DNA of 64,000 bases, taken from the NCBI GenBank assembly GCA_963755715.1, contig CAVWLW010000064.1:32001-96000 (forward strand), read 5' to 3'. Of this stretch, positions 10,148-19,601 are shown piece after piece. The notes beneath the pieces were generated by a model. That model did not search any database. It was not told the origin of the DNA and saw only the letters and a list, made by a program, of their open reading frames with translations. Each line of letters starts with the position of its first letter. Position 1 is the first letter of the stretch. Both the position numbers and the translations under genes were made by a program. The stretch comes from an uncultured delta proteobacterium (GTDB lineage: Bacteria > Desulfobacterota > Binatia > UBA9968).

Positions 10148-11212
10148 CTACCATGGTTTTCGGTAACCCGTCGTCAGATCTTCTCCGCGGTGGCGCCACT
10201 TGGGTTCCTTGTCGAGGGTCCTCTCCGTGATGCCGCGCAAATTTCGGACAAGCTTTCCGTAGACTCCGCTGATTCCTGCGGACACTTTGCTGCCCGGCGG
10301 TTCATCCATGAAAGGCATGAACTTGTCCGGAAAGCCGGGCATCGTGCAGCCGATGCAAATACCGCCGACGTTCGGGCAACCGCCGATTCCGGCCATCCAG
10401 CCGCGCTTGGGCACATTGCATTTGACCACCGGTCCCCAGCAGCCGATTTTTACCAGGCATTTTGGCGAGCCATATTCAGTGGTGAAATCGCCTTGTTCAT
10501 AATATCCCGCGCGATCGCAGCCCTCGTGCACGGTCTGGCCGAAAAGCCATTTGGGTCGCAGATTTTCGTCGAGCGGGATCATCGGCGCCTGGCCGGTCGC
10601 CTGGTACAGCAGATAAAGAATCGTCTCCGACAAATTGTCGGGTTGGATCGGGCAGCCGGGCACGCAAACGATGGGAATGCCGGCGCGCGACTTCCAGTTC
10701 CAGCCCAAATAATCCGGCACGCCCATGGCGCCCGTCGGGTTGCCGGCCATGGCGTGGATGCCGCCATAGGTTGCGCAGGTTCCCACGGCGAGGACCGCCA
10801 GCGCCTTTGGCGTCAAGCGGTCGAGCCACTCACTGGTCGTCATCGGCTGGCCGGTTTCAAAATTGTTTCCGAAGCCGCACCAATAGCCTTCTTTCTTGAT
10901 GGCTTCGTTCGGAATCGATCCTTCCACGACGAGAACGAAGGGATCGAGCTCACCCTTTTCAGCTTTGTAGAACCACTTGATAAAGGTGTCGGCGCCGGGC
11001 TCGCCCATGCCTCCCGGGCCGCATTCAAAATCGATCAGCGGCCAATGCACGGCAACCTTCGGTAGACCCGGCAGAGCGCCGAGGACGATCTCCTCGATGC
11101 TCGGTTGCATGGCGGCGGTGAGCGCCACCGAGTCGCCATCGCAGCTCAAGCCGGCGTTGATCCACAACACATGAACTAAAGCATCTTCAGGTTTTGTCGC
11201 GGCCATGGGCAT
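10148..11212 (-). CDS. hhyS: Group 1h [NiFe]-hydrogenase small subunit
   Basis: GLSCDGDS (Cys/Asp proximal cluster), GTCATYGG, PGCP, HEGC, GGICIGCTMPGFPD. No Tat signal. RBS AAGGAGG. Confidence 0.95.
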   Translation of the reverse strand: MPMAATKPEDALVHVLWINAGLSCDGDSVALTAAMQPSIEEIVLGALPGLPKVAVHWPLIDFECGPGGMGEPGADTFIKWFYKAEKGELDPFVLVVEGSIPNEAIKKEGYWCGFGNNFETGQPMTTSEWLDRLTPKALAVLAVGTCATYGGIHAMAGNPTGAMGVPDYLGWNWKSRAGIPIVCVPGCPIQPDNLSETILYLLYQATGQAPMIPLDENLRPKWLFGQTVHEGCDRAGYYEQGDFTTEYGSPKCLVKIGCWGPVVKCNVPKRGWMAGIGGCPNVGGICIGCTMPGFPDKFMPFMDEPPGSKVSAGISGVYGKLVRNLRGITERTLDKEPKWRHRGEDLTTGYRKPW

Positions 11213-11350
11213 CGACCTCCTTATTTTCGTGAATGATCCGTCTGCCCCTCGACTCTCCAAACCGGGCAGAGATCAGCGAAATTCGTTTCTGCCAAGGTGA
11301 ATAGTCGAGACCAGGCGCACCGGCAATACGGAGTACGTCCGTTTCTTCTA

Positions 11351-11388
11351 TGAGAGATTAGCCGACTGTGGCCTAGGGGATTCCCCTA
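11351..11388 (-). promoter_or_regulatory. Candidate response-regulator operator upstream of hhySL
   Basis: Palindrome TAGGGGA-T-TCCCCTA at 11374-11388 and a degenerate copy at 11351-11365. A weak TTGCCG-17nt-TATTCA promoter lies at 11326-11298 on the minus strand. Confidence 0.45.
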
Positions 11389-11479
11389 TGAACTTATCGT
11401 GAAGTGTGACTGCCGGTTCGGCGAGAGAGCGAAAGCCGGAGGATATGAGATCTCGTTCGGCGCGAACGGCGCGATGGGA

Positions 11480-12163
11480 TTACGTGGATTTTTCCCGCTG
11501 CAGCCATTGAATTGCGTGCTGCACAAGCTCACTGGCGTCGCTCAGCGTCATCTTTTCTTTGATGTGTTCGCGGTACGACTCGACAGTCTTTACGCTCAAG
11601 CGCAGCTCCTCAGCGATGCGCCGAGTCCCATGACCCTGACCGATCAGTCGAAAGACTTCCAGTTCGCGGTCACTGAGCCGATCGATGGAAAATTTCTGCG
11701 CTGTACCCGGCGCGCCGACGAATTGCTGCAGCATCTTGTTGGCCATCCGCTTACTAAGATAGATCTCCCCGCTCAAGACTCGGCGCAGCGCGAGCAGCAC
11801 ATTCTCGGTGGCTTCTTGTTTCATGATGAAGCCGCGGGCGCCGGCCCGTAGCGCCCGCGGCGCATAGATCGATTCATCGTGGATGGAAAGAACTAAAACC
11901 GGCAAGGCCGGCATGCGGATCTTGAGGTTCTTGATCAATTCGATACCATCGGCGCCCTTCAACGAAATATCGGCAAGGGCGATGTCAGGTTTCAGCGTTT
12001 GCATGGCTTTGAGCGCTTCGTAGATATCTTCCGCGGTGCCGCAAACGGTCAGATCCGGCTCGCGGTTGATCAGCTGCGTGAGACCTTCTCGCACAATCGG
12101 ATGGTCGTCGATGACGAAGACCGTGCGCTTGCTCTTCACGGAAAGTTTTCGCTCAGCAGCCAA
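11480..12163 (-). CDS. NarL/FixJ-family response regulator (REC + LuxR HTH)
   Basis: IDDHPIVREGL, ADISL phosphoacceptor Asp, LSDRELEVFRLIGQG...SVKTVESYREHIKEK. Confidence 0.95.
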   Translation of the reverse strand: MAAERKLSVKSKRTVFVIDDHPIVREGLTQLINREPDLTVCGTAEDIYEALKAMQTLKPDIALADISLKGADGIELIKNLKIRMPALPVLVLSIHDESIYAPRALRAGARGFIMKQEATENVLLALRRVLSGEIYLSKRMANKMLQQFVGAPGTAQKFSIDRLSDRELEVFRLIGQGHGTRRIAEELRLSVKTVESYREHIKEKMTLSDASELVQHAIQWLQREKST

Positions 12164-12174
12164 ATCACCCTCTT

Positions 12175-13566
12175 TTACTCGTTACCGTTTAGAGGAAGCA
12201 CGCAAGTAACCATCGTTCCGCCGTTCGGATTCTTCTGAATCTTTAGCGATGCGCCTATCATGTTGGCGCGGTAATTCATAATGCGTAGCCCCATACCTTC
12301 TTTGTGGTCAGGCACATCCGGAAAACCCACTCCGTCGTCATAGATGCTTAGGGCAACAGTACCGCCCCGGTGACTCAGATCAATAACGACCTGTCGGGAG
12401 TGACCGTGCTTGACGGCATTCGTCACCGCCTCTTGAGCGATTCGATACAGGTGCGTGGCTAAATCGATGTCGCGAATCGGGATGGCATCTTCATCGCGAA
12501 AAAGACACGAAACGTTGAACAATTCTTCGACGTCGGATGCCAGGTGTCGAAGCGCGGAGACAAACCCTTGGGATCCCGATGGCACCGGGAGAAGTCCGCG
12601 CGCGAGTTCGCGGGTCTGGTTGATCGCTTCATTGACGAGCCGAGCAATCTTAGCCGCGTCGTTGGCCTCTGCGGACAACTTCTCTGTAAGCTTGTCTGCC
12701 AAAACCTTGCTCAGGAAAGCAACGCCGGTGAGGTGCTGTCCCAATCCGTCGTGCAAATCCTGCGCAATGCGTCTTTTTTCCCGCTCGCTGATCTCGAGAA
12801 TGGATTTCTCCAAACGCTTGCGCTCAATCATTTCACTTTTCAGGATATCGTTGGCGATGCCCAGTTCGACGGTTCGCGCTTGCACGCGTATTTCCAACTC
12901 GTGTCGCGCCCCCAGTAGATCTTCCTGCACGCGCTTGCGCTCGCCAATCTCCAACTGCAGCATCTTATTGGTCAAAGCGAGTTCCTTGGTCCGCTCCTCA
13001 ACTCGCTTTTCCAAGTCGGCGCGACTGTTTTGCAGCTCCTCTTCGGCCTTTTTGAGCTCGGTGATATCGAAAGCTATGCCGTGAACGAACCAGGGATGGC
13101 CGTCTTCGGCGCGCACCATCTTCACTTCGCAATGAAACCAGACCGTGTGCCCGTCGCGGGCTAGGATCCGATAGATAGAGCGCAGCGGCTCGCCCGACAA
13201 AACCATCTGCGCGGTTTCGATATTCCACCGCTCTTTGTCACCGGGATGGATTTGGCGATACCAGCGGATGGGATCATCGAGCCACTCGGCCTGGGAGAAC
13301 CCCAAGGCGGCTTCGATGTGCGGGCTAACGTAAGCTTCGCTGATGCCTCGATCGAGAAAAATCATGAACACGACCGCCGGCACCTGCTCGACGAGCGTCC
13401 TATACCGCGCCTCGACGTCCGGCAGTCGCCGATCGTCGCCATTGTCCGGCTCACTGCCGACGGTGGATGACTTGCCATTGGCCTCGAAAAAAACGCTAGC
13501 CAGTTCCTGGATAACCCTTTCCGCGTCACTCAGACTGATTGACTTTTCGTCGCCGGCTTCGATCAC
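12175..13566 (-). CDS. Soluble PAS-domain sensor histidine kinase (HisKA_3 type)
   Basis: PAS (YVSP...IHPGD...YRI..RDG..W), H-box RIAQDLHDGLGQ, N-box QEAVTNAVKHG, DDGVG and GMGL boxes. No transmembrane segment. Confidence 0.93.
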   Translation of the reverse strand: MIEAGDEKSISLSDAERVIQELASVFFEANGKSSTVGSEPDNGDDRRLPDVEARYRTLVEQVPAVVFMIFLDRGISEAYVSPHIEAALGFSQAEWLDDPIRWYRQIHPGDKERWNIETAQMVLSGEPLRSIYRILARDGHTVWFHCEVKMVRAEDGHPWFVHGIAFDITELKKAEEELQNSRADLEKRVEERTKELALTNKMLQLEIGERKRVQEDLLGARHELEIRVQARTVELGIANDILKSEMIERKRLEKSILEISEREKRRIAQDLHDGLGQHLTGVAFLSKVLADKLTEKLSAEANDAAKIARLVNEAINQTRELARGLLPVPSGSQGFVSALRHLASDVEELFNVSCLFRDEDAIPIRDIDLATHLYRIAQEAVTNAVKHGHSRQVVIDLSHRGGTVALSIYDDGVGFPDVPDHKEGMGLRIMNYRANMIGASLKIQKNPNGGTMVTCVLPLNGNE

Positions 13567-13615
13567 GTAACTTTGCCTTCGTTACCGTTTATTATTTCGC
13601 CGGCGGCTCGCCCGT

Positions 13616-14650
13616 TCAAGGTGTTGCTTTGCCGCGCCGGTCGGGCTCTTTGTTGAGTGAAGCTTGCGTGAAGCTGCGCAGCGCGCGAATGGTTTTCCCG
13701 TAGGTCATTACGGCGGTGGTCGAGAGAATCGAGCCCGGAGGTTGATCCATGAACGGCATGAACTTGTCCGGAAATCCCGGCATCGTGCAGCCGATACAAA
13801 TGCCGCCCACGCTCGGGCAGCCGCCCACGCCATTTACCCAACCGCGTTTTCCGACGTTGCACTGCACGACCGGTCCCCAACAGCCGAGCTTTACGATGCA
13901 CTGGTTCGAACCGTGTTCACCGGCGAACTCCCCCTGTTCATAATAACCGCCGCGATTGCATCCTTCGTGAACCGTTTGGCCAAATAGCCATGTGGGTCGT
14001 AACGCGTCGTCGAGAGGAATCATCGGCGCGCTGCCGGCTGCTTGATATAAGAGGTAGAGCAAAGTTTCCATAAAATTGTCCGGAAGAACCGGACAGCCAG
14101 GCACACAAACGATCGGAATGTCAGCCGCGGATTTCCATTGCCAACCCAAGTAATCAGCCAGCCCCATGGCACCCGTCGGATTCCCTTCCATCGCATGGAT
14201 ACCGCCATAGGTAGCGCATGTCCCCGCCGCAATCACCGCCCAGGCATTGGGCGCGAGCCGATTAATCCACTCACAAGTCGTGAGAGGTTGCCCAGTAACT
14301 TTGTCGGTTCCTAGTGCCGCCCAATAACCCTCGTCCTTGTTCTTTTCGTTGGGGATTGATCCCTCAACGACGAGAATGAAAGGCGCGAGATTGCCTTCGG
14401 CGGCGCGGTGAAACGGTTGCAAGAAATCATCTCCGTTTTCATAGGAGAGAAAGGGATTATGAAAATTGACTTTGGGAATACCGGGAAGAGCTCCGAGCAA
14501 AATATCTTCAAGACTCGGTTGCGTTGCCGCCGTGATGGCGATGGTATCTCCGTCGCACCCGAGACCGGCCGTGATCCAGAGAATATCGATCTCCCGGATA
14601 GATAGAGACGCTATAGATGGGATAGTATTTTTTGCGGCAAGATTCTCCAT
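13616..14650 (-). CDS. Second, divergent group 1h-type [NiFe]-hydrogenase small subunit (no adjacent large subunit)
   Basis: GLGCDGDT, GTCATYGG, PGCP, HEGC, CIVKLGCWGP, GGICIGCTMPGFPD. Aligns with HhyS over its length but has a shorter C-terminal tail. Confidence 0.93.
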   Translation of the reverse strand: MENLAAKNTIPSIASLSIREIDILWITAGLGCDGDTIAITAATQPSLEDILLGALPGIPKVNFHNPFLSYENGDDFLQPFHRAAEGNLAPFILVVEGSIPNEKNKDEGYWAALGTDKVTGQPLTTCEWINRLAPNAWAVIAAGTCATYGGIHAMEGNPTGAMGLADYLGWQWKSAADIPIVCVPGCPVLPDNFMETLLYLLYQAAGSAPMIPLDDALRPTWLFGQTVHEGCNRGGYYEQGEFAGEHGSNQCIVKLGCWGPVVQCNVGKRGWVNGVGGCPSVGGICIGCTMPGFPDKFMPFMDQPPGSILSTTAVMTYGKTIRALRSFTQASLNKEPDRRGKATP

Positions 14651-14795
14651 TCTCTGACTCTCGCCGATACCCAGATGCGCCGGGATGGACTAGGTCACCC
14701 TGCGACTTCGGAGAGCGATTCTTTCACTTGACGCCGCGCCGCCAAATAGCGATATCAAGAGGAACAAAACATTAAGATGCTCAGTTCATCACTCC

Positions 14796-15624
14796 CTAGT
14801 CGTTCGCGTGGCGGGCGAACTCCGCCGAGTTTTCGTTGGTGATCTGCAGGCGAAAGCCGCTCGGCTCTCTGAAGTACGTGCCCAATTGCTCCGGGCGGCG
14901 ACCTTCGCGCTCGCCGTGGTCGTCGCGCTCCTCGATGCCGGCCGCATGGAGCTTGTCCACGATCGCGTGGAAATTGTCATCGGTGACGTTGAAAGCAAAA
15001 TGGCGCCCGCGGTAAGTAGTTTTGGTCACCTCGCTAAGCTCACTCACCTGATTCAGCACCACGCATTGCCCCGAGGGCACGGTCACGGCGACGAATCCAT
15101 CCTGCTTCTCTTTCACCGTGCAATTTATAAATTTTTTGTAGAAATCTACGCTCGCATCCAAGTCCGTCGTGTCGAAGTGCAGATGATCCAGCCGGGTTTT
15201 GCTGAGGCCACTCGCTTTGGTGATCTCGATGAAGTTGCCCTCCGAGTCCTGAAAGACCAGCCCTTGCTTCCAAAAACAACCCAAGCCTGGTTCGCGCTCG
15301 ATATCGCGCGCGAATGAGCATTCGCGTCGAATCTTATCGGCCATCGCGTCATATTGGCCCTCCGGCACTTGAAAAGAATGACGCGGGTAAGAGTTGACGT
15401 TGTCGCGCTTGGGCAGCGTCGTTTTTCCTTGAGAAAAAAGTCCGACGTGATTTTCGCCCAGCTTCATGAAGATGCGCGTCATGTTGGGCGCGTTTTGAGT
15501 TTTCAAAGTGTACGCTCCCAAGACCTCGCTGTAGAATTTTTCCGCCCGAGTCCGGATCCATCACCGCGATCACAAAATGGTCGAGATGATGAACATCACC
15601 GTTGGCTTTCAAGTTTGCACCCAT
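14796..15624 (-). CDS. Two-domain VOC/glyoxalase-family protein (frameshift near 15550)
   Basis: HHLDHFVIAV in one frame continues as RAEKFYSEVLGAY after removing one base. Later motifs LDHLHF, HFAF and DSEGNFIEI. Confidence 0.8.
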
Positions 15625-15672
15625 AAGAAATTCTCCTTTCTTATCTTTAATCGATCCGTGGATTCATCGAAT

Positions 15673-16752
15673 TTACTGCGCTGCGGGCTCGGTAAAAACC
15701 ACGAGCCTTCCTTTGGGCAAATGCACCGAAACAGTTTTGCTCGGCTCCCGATCGTCGGGCGGCACCTTGGCGATCAAAGTCTTTTCCCCGATCTTCACTT
15801 CGGCGACCACCTGATCACCCAGGAATGTCGAGCTCATCACTTTTCCCTCTATCCGATTTTCATCTTCATTGGAAGATCGCTCCAAGCGCACGTCCTCCGG
15901 CCGGATACCGACGATCACCGCGCCATCGCAGCGGCGCGAGTCGGCCACGCAGAGGACTCCGCATTCCGTTTCGACATGGTTGGCATCCAGCATTTTCCCA
16001 CGTAGCCAATTGATCGAACCGAAGAACTCCGCCACCAGCGCGTTGGCCGGGCTGCGATAGAGCTCGAAAGGGTTGCCGATTTGCAGAATCTCGCCATGCG
16101 CCATCACCGCGATCCGATCGGCGAGCACCATCGCCTCGACCTGATCGTGGGTGACATAGAGAACGGTAATGCCGAGCTGCGTAGCCAGTTTCTTGATGTT
16201 CGCGCGCACTTCTTCGCGCAGCCGCGCGTCCAGATTGCTCAACGGCTCGTCCATCAACAATAGCGCGGGATTGACCGCCAACGCGCGCGCCAGCGCGACC
16301 CTTTGCTGTTGGCCGCCGCTCAACAGGCGCGCCGGTCGGTCCTCGAAGTTTTCCAATTGAACCAGCTCGAGGCTGCGGCGAATCCGCTCCACGGCGCTTT
16401 TCTTCGACATTCGCGAACGGCCGTGAGTGAGCACCAGCCCGATGTTTTCCGCCACGGTTAAATGCGGCCAAATCGCATAGGATTGAAAAACCATGCCGAT
16501 CTCGCGCTCCTCAGGCGCGGCGCAAACGCGCCGGCTACGAGAAAAGACCGTCTTGCCGTTGAGCGAGATTTCTCCTTCGTCAGGCTTTTCGAGGCCGGCG
16601 ACGCTGCGCAGCAGCGTCGTCTTTCCCGACCCGCTCGGCCCGAGCAGAACGAAAAATTCGCCGCGGCCGACTTCCAGATCGATCGCTTGCAGCGCCGCCA
16701 CCGCATGATCGCCGGTGCGAAATTTTTTGCTCAAGCCGGAGATCGAAATCAC
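15673..16752 (-). CDS. ABC transporter ATP-binding subunit (Fe3+/polyamine-type)
   Basis: GPSGSGKT, LSGGQQQRVALARAL, DEPLSNLD and a TOBE-like C-terminus. Confidence 0.95.
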   Translation of the reverse strand: MISISGLSKKFRTGDHAVAALQAIDLEVGRGEFFVLLGPSGSGKTTLLRSVAGLEKPDEGEISLNGKTVFSRSRRVCAAPEEREIGMVFQSYAIWPHLTVAENIGLVLTHGRSRMSKKSAVERIRRSLELVQLENFEDRPARLLSGGQQQRVALARALAVNPALLLMDEPLSNLDARLREEVRANIKKLATQLGITVLYVTHDQVEAMVLADRIAVMAHGEILQIGNPFELYRSPANALVAEFFGSINWLRGKMLDANHVETECGVLCVADSRRCDGAVIVGIRPEDVRLERSSNEDENRIEGKVMSSTFLGDQVVAEVKIGEKTLIAKVPPDDREPSKTVSVHLPKGRLVVFTEPAAQ

Positions 16753-18450
16753 GCGACCTCCGTGACCCGACTGCGCCGGCCGAAGATGAAATAAAGCAAG
16801 ACCGCCGGCAGCATGAACGCGAGCACGACGAGGTTGGCGGCTGCGGCTTGGTTAAGACTGCCGCCGAGCCACAAACCCCACACGATCATTGGCAAGGTGA
16901 CGTTGTTCTGGCTCGTGACCAAGACCGACGCCATGGTCAATTCGCGATAGCAAAGCAGCGCCATCCAGATCCAAGCATAAACCAGGGCCGGCTTCAGCAG
17001 CGGCACGAGAATCTTGCGCATCACCTGCAGAGAGCTTGAGACCGCCGACAAACGCCGCTTCTTCGAGCTCCGGATGAATTTGCGCGAGCGAATTGTTGAG
17101 AATGCGCGTGGCAAAGCTGATCCGGCTTACCGTGTAAACAAAAATGAGAATGGTCAGGCTGCCATAGAGCGAAAAAACATTGTGCAAAAGGAACAAAGTC
17201 GCGAACATAGCGGCGATCGCCAGAATAAGATGAGGCACGGCATGAGGCAAAAATGCCACCGCGTCGAAAAGCAGCCGCCCGCGCAGACCGGAGCGCAGCA
17301 CGGTCCAGGAGATCGCCAGGCAAATCAACAACGTGAGCGTCGGCACGGTAAGCATGAGGATGAGAGTATTACCCGCCCCCTGCAACATCAGCTTCCACGG
17401 CAGGCCGTAAAAATTATTGAGCGACACTTGACTGAGCGCCGCCCATGACGGCGGCTGGAAGTAGCGCAACAGCGCGGCCCAGATCAGCAGAAGGAAAGGT
17501 AATAATTTGGCGACGACGAAATAGAAACCGAGAAACAACCAAGCGAAGATCCAGCCACGCGGCCCCAGCTCGATCAAGCGCGGCCGATAAGCCTTGCCGG
17601 TGACAACCGCGTAACGATGAGAAAAACGCAGGACACCGAAGTAACTCCAGCTCAGCAAGAGCGCTAACAGAATCAACACGGTGCTCACGGCGCCCGCGAC
17701 ACCGTAGCTGGGCAGCTCCTCCAACGGCTGAATTTTATAAAAAATAAACGTCGCGAAAGTAAAAATTTTGTTCGACATGCCGATGATCGCCGGCACTTCG
17801 AAAGCCGACAAGGCGATGGTGAACACATAAATCGACGCCGCGATGACGCCCGGAAACGTGAGCGGCAATGTTACGTATCTGAGCGTTCGAAAAATTCCCA
17901 ACCCGTGTACCCGCGCGGCTTCTTCCAGCGACGGATCCATCGTGCGGTAAGTGGCGACGACCATGATGAAAGCGATGGAGGATAAACCCAGACCTTCGAC
18001 CCAACCCATGCCGATAATCGATGCGATATTGAACGGCGCTTGCTGCAGTCCGAAAAGATCGACGAAGAAACGATTGACAATACCGATACGCGGATGCAAC
18101 AGAAACACCCAACCCATCGCGGTGAAAAACGTCGGCAGCAGAGCGCCGAGGGTCACGAGCATCAAGATAAAATTCTTTCCCGGCAGATCCGTGCGTTCGA
18201 CCAGCCAGGCCGTGGGCACAGCGAAAAGAAGCGAGACGAGCATGGCCGTCCCGGCAAAACCGACCGTGTTCAGAAAAGTTTTGTACGTAAACGGATCGGT
18301 GAAAATCTTGCGGTAGTGATTTAACGTGTAAACGATCGGCTCGCCTGGCCCGTTTTGCCAAAAGCCCATCCACAAAACGAGCAGCAGGAGCGCAAGGACC
18401 GGGACTAAGGCCGCCGCGGAAATCCCAACGACTAGCCAGCGACCCTTCAC
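16749..18450 (-). CDS. ABC transporter permease with two fused TM domains (FbpB-like; frameshift near 17036)
   Basis: Two EAA loops (SLEEAARVHG, ELEEAAFVGG). The C-terminus continues in ORF 16749-17114. Confidence 0.9.
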
Positions 18451-18452
18451 GA

Positions 18453-19508
18453 TTATTTGCCTGCCAAAATGTCTTGGAATTTTTGCCGAACGCGGCTTTG
18501 ATTCTCGTGATTTTTTACGACGTCGGAGACGGGATTCGCATAGAACTTGACGCCTTGGCGCTCCTGATCTTTGACGAACTTAAACATGTTGGTTCCCTCA
18601 ACCAAGTGCGAGCTGGTCTTCTCCGTCTTCCAAAGAATATCCTGTCCTTCTTTGGTCAACATAAACGCCGCCAGAAGAGACGCCGCATTGGGATGAGCGG
18701 AGTTGCTCGGCACCGCGAGGTACCAATACGACAGGATCCCCGCGTCTTTGAAAATCCTACCATTGACCGGCGCGCCTTTCTCGCGCATGTCGTTGGCGTC
18801 CGCCAAGTCGCAATTGAATGCCATCATGGCAAATTCGCCGTTGAGAACCCGCTCTTCCTCGCCGCAGCGAATCAGGCCGGCTACCTGCTTGGCAAATTTT
18901 TGCAAAAACGCCGTGCTCTTCTCCTCACCCCAGATCAGCGCCAAGCGATCGAATGAAGCGGCGTACGGCGTCGAGGCGATTTTTCCTTTCCATTTCGGAT
19001 TGAGCAAATCTTCGACTTTCTGCGGCACTTCATCGGCGCGAACCATCGTGGTGTTGTAAGTCAAACCGGGCGTGCGCGAAACGACGATCATCACCCGGCC
19101 ATCCCAGTCCACCATCGGTCGCGTGATATGCGGAAAAATCTTCGTCCACTCGAGTTTTTTCAAATTCATCCGCGCCACGTGATTTTCCGAACCGATAAAC
19201 AAATCGCTGCTGGCTGACTGACCGGCTTTTCCTTCTTGAATAATGCGGCTCGCTAACTGCGGCATCGAGGGTCCGGGGCTGAACTTGAATGGCAGGTTTA
19301 GCCCGTAGGCTTTGTTAAAAGCCTTTTCAATCGTCTGCACGCCCTCGATCCCGCCCATCGTGCCGGTGCCCCAACTGAGAATAATCTGGCCTTCTTTTTT
19401 TGCGCCGTCGACAAGCTGAGCCAAGGTCTGAGCACCCACACCCGCAGGTACAATCATCAATCCGACGACCAGACAAAATACCGGCACGAGTCTTTTCTGC
19501 ATAATCAT
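18453..19508 (-). CDS. ABC transporter substrate-binding protein (FbpA/PotD-like)
   Basis: Signal peptide, AKKEGQ, DLLNPKWKGKI and AHPNAA motifs. Directly upstream of the permease. Confidence 0.9.
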   Translation of the reverse strand: MIMQKRLVPVFCLVVGLMIVPAGVGAQTLAQLVDGAKKEGQIILSWGTGTMGGIEGVQTIEKAFNKAYGLNLPFKFSPGPSMPQLASRIIQEGKAGQSASSDLFIGSENHVARMNLKKLEWTKIFPHITRPMVDWDGRVMIVVSRTPGLTYNTTMVRADEVPQKVEDLLNPKWKGKIASTPYAASFDRLALIWGEEKSTAFLQKFAKQVAGLIRCGEEERVLNGEFAMMAFNCDLADANDMREKGAPVNGRIFKDAGILSYWYLAVPSNSAHPNAASLLAAFMLTKEGQDILWKTEKTSSHLVEGTNMFKFVKDQERQGVKFYANPVSDVVKNHENQSRVRQKFQDILAGK

Positions 19509-19523
19509 CGCTCGACTCCCACT

Positions 19524-19592
19524 TTGAACCTTGAACCCTTGAACCGTTTGAACATCCGAAAACGATTTAAACTGCTTGAACGATTTGAACCG
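19524..19592. repeat. Degenerate TTGAAC-based short tandem repeat
   Basis: ttgaacc ttgaaccc ttgaaccgt ttgaac...ttgaacgat ttgaacc in the intergenic region. A similar array lies at 20578-20619. Confidence 0.7.
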
Positions 19593-19601
19593 GCTTTCTG
19601 A

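Noticed and set aside
1480-11065. Long plus-strand ORFs opposite hypF, hhyL and hhyS, and similar antisense ORFs throughout the window
   Set aside because: Typical antisense shadows in GC-rich DNA with no recognisable motifs, fully overlapping well-supported genes.
13616-14650. Second hhyS as a pseudogene or assembly duplicate
   Set aside because: The frame is intact, all Fe-S ligands are retained and the sequence is clearly divergent from hhyS.
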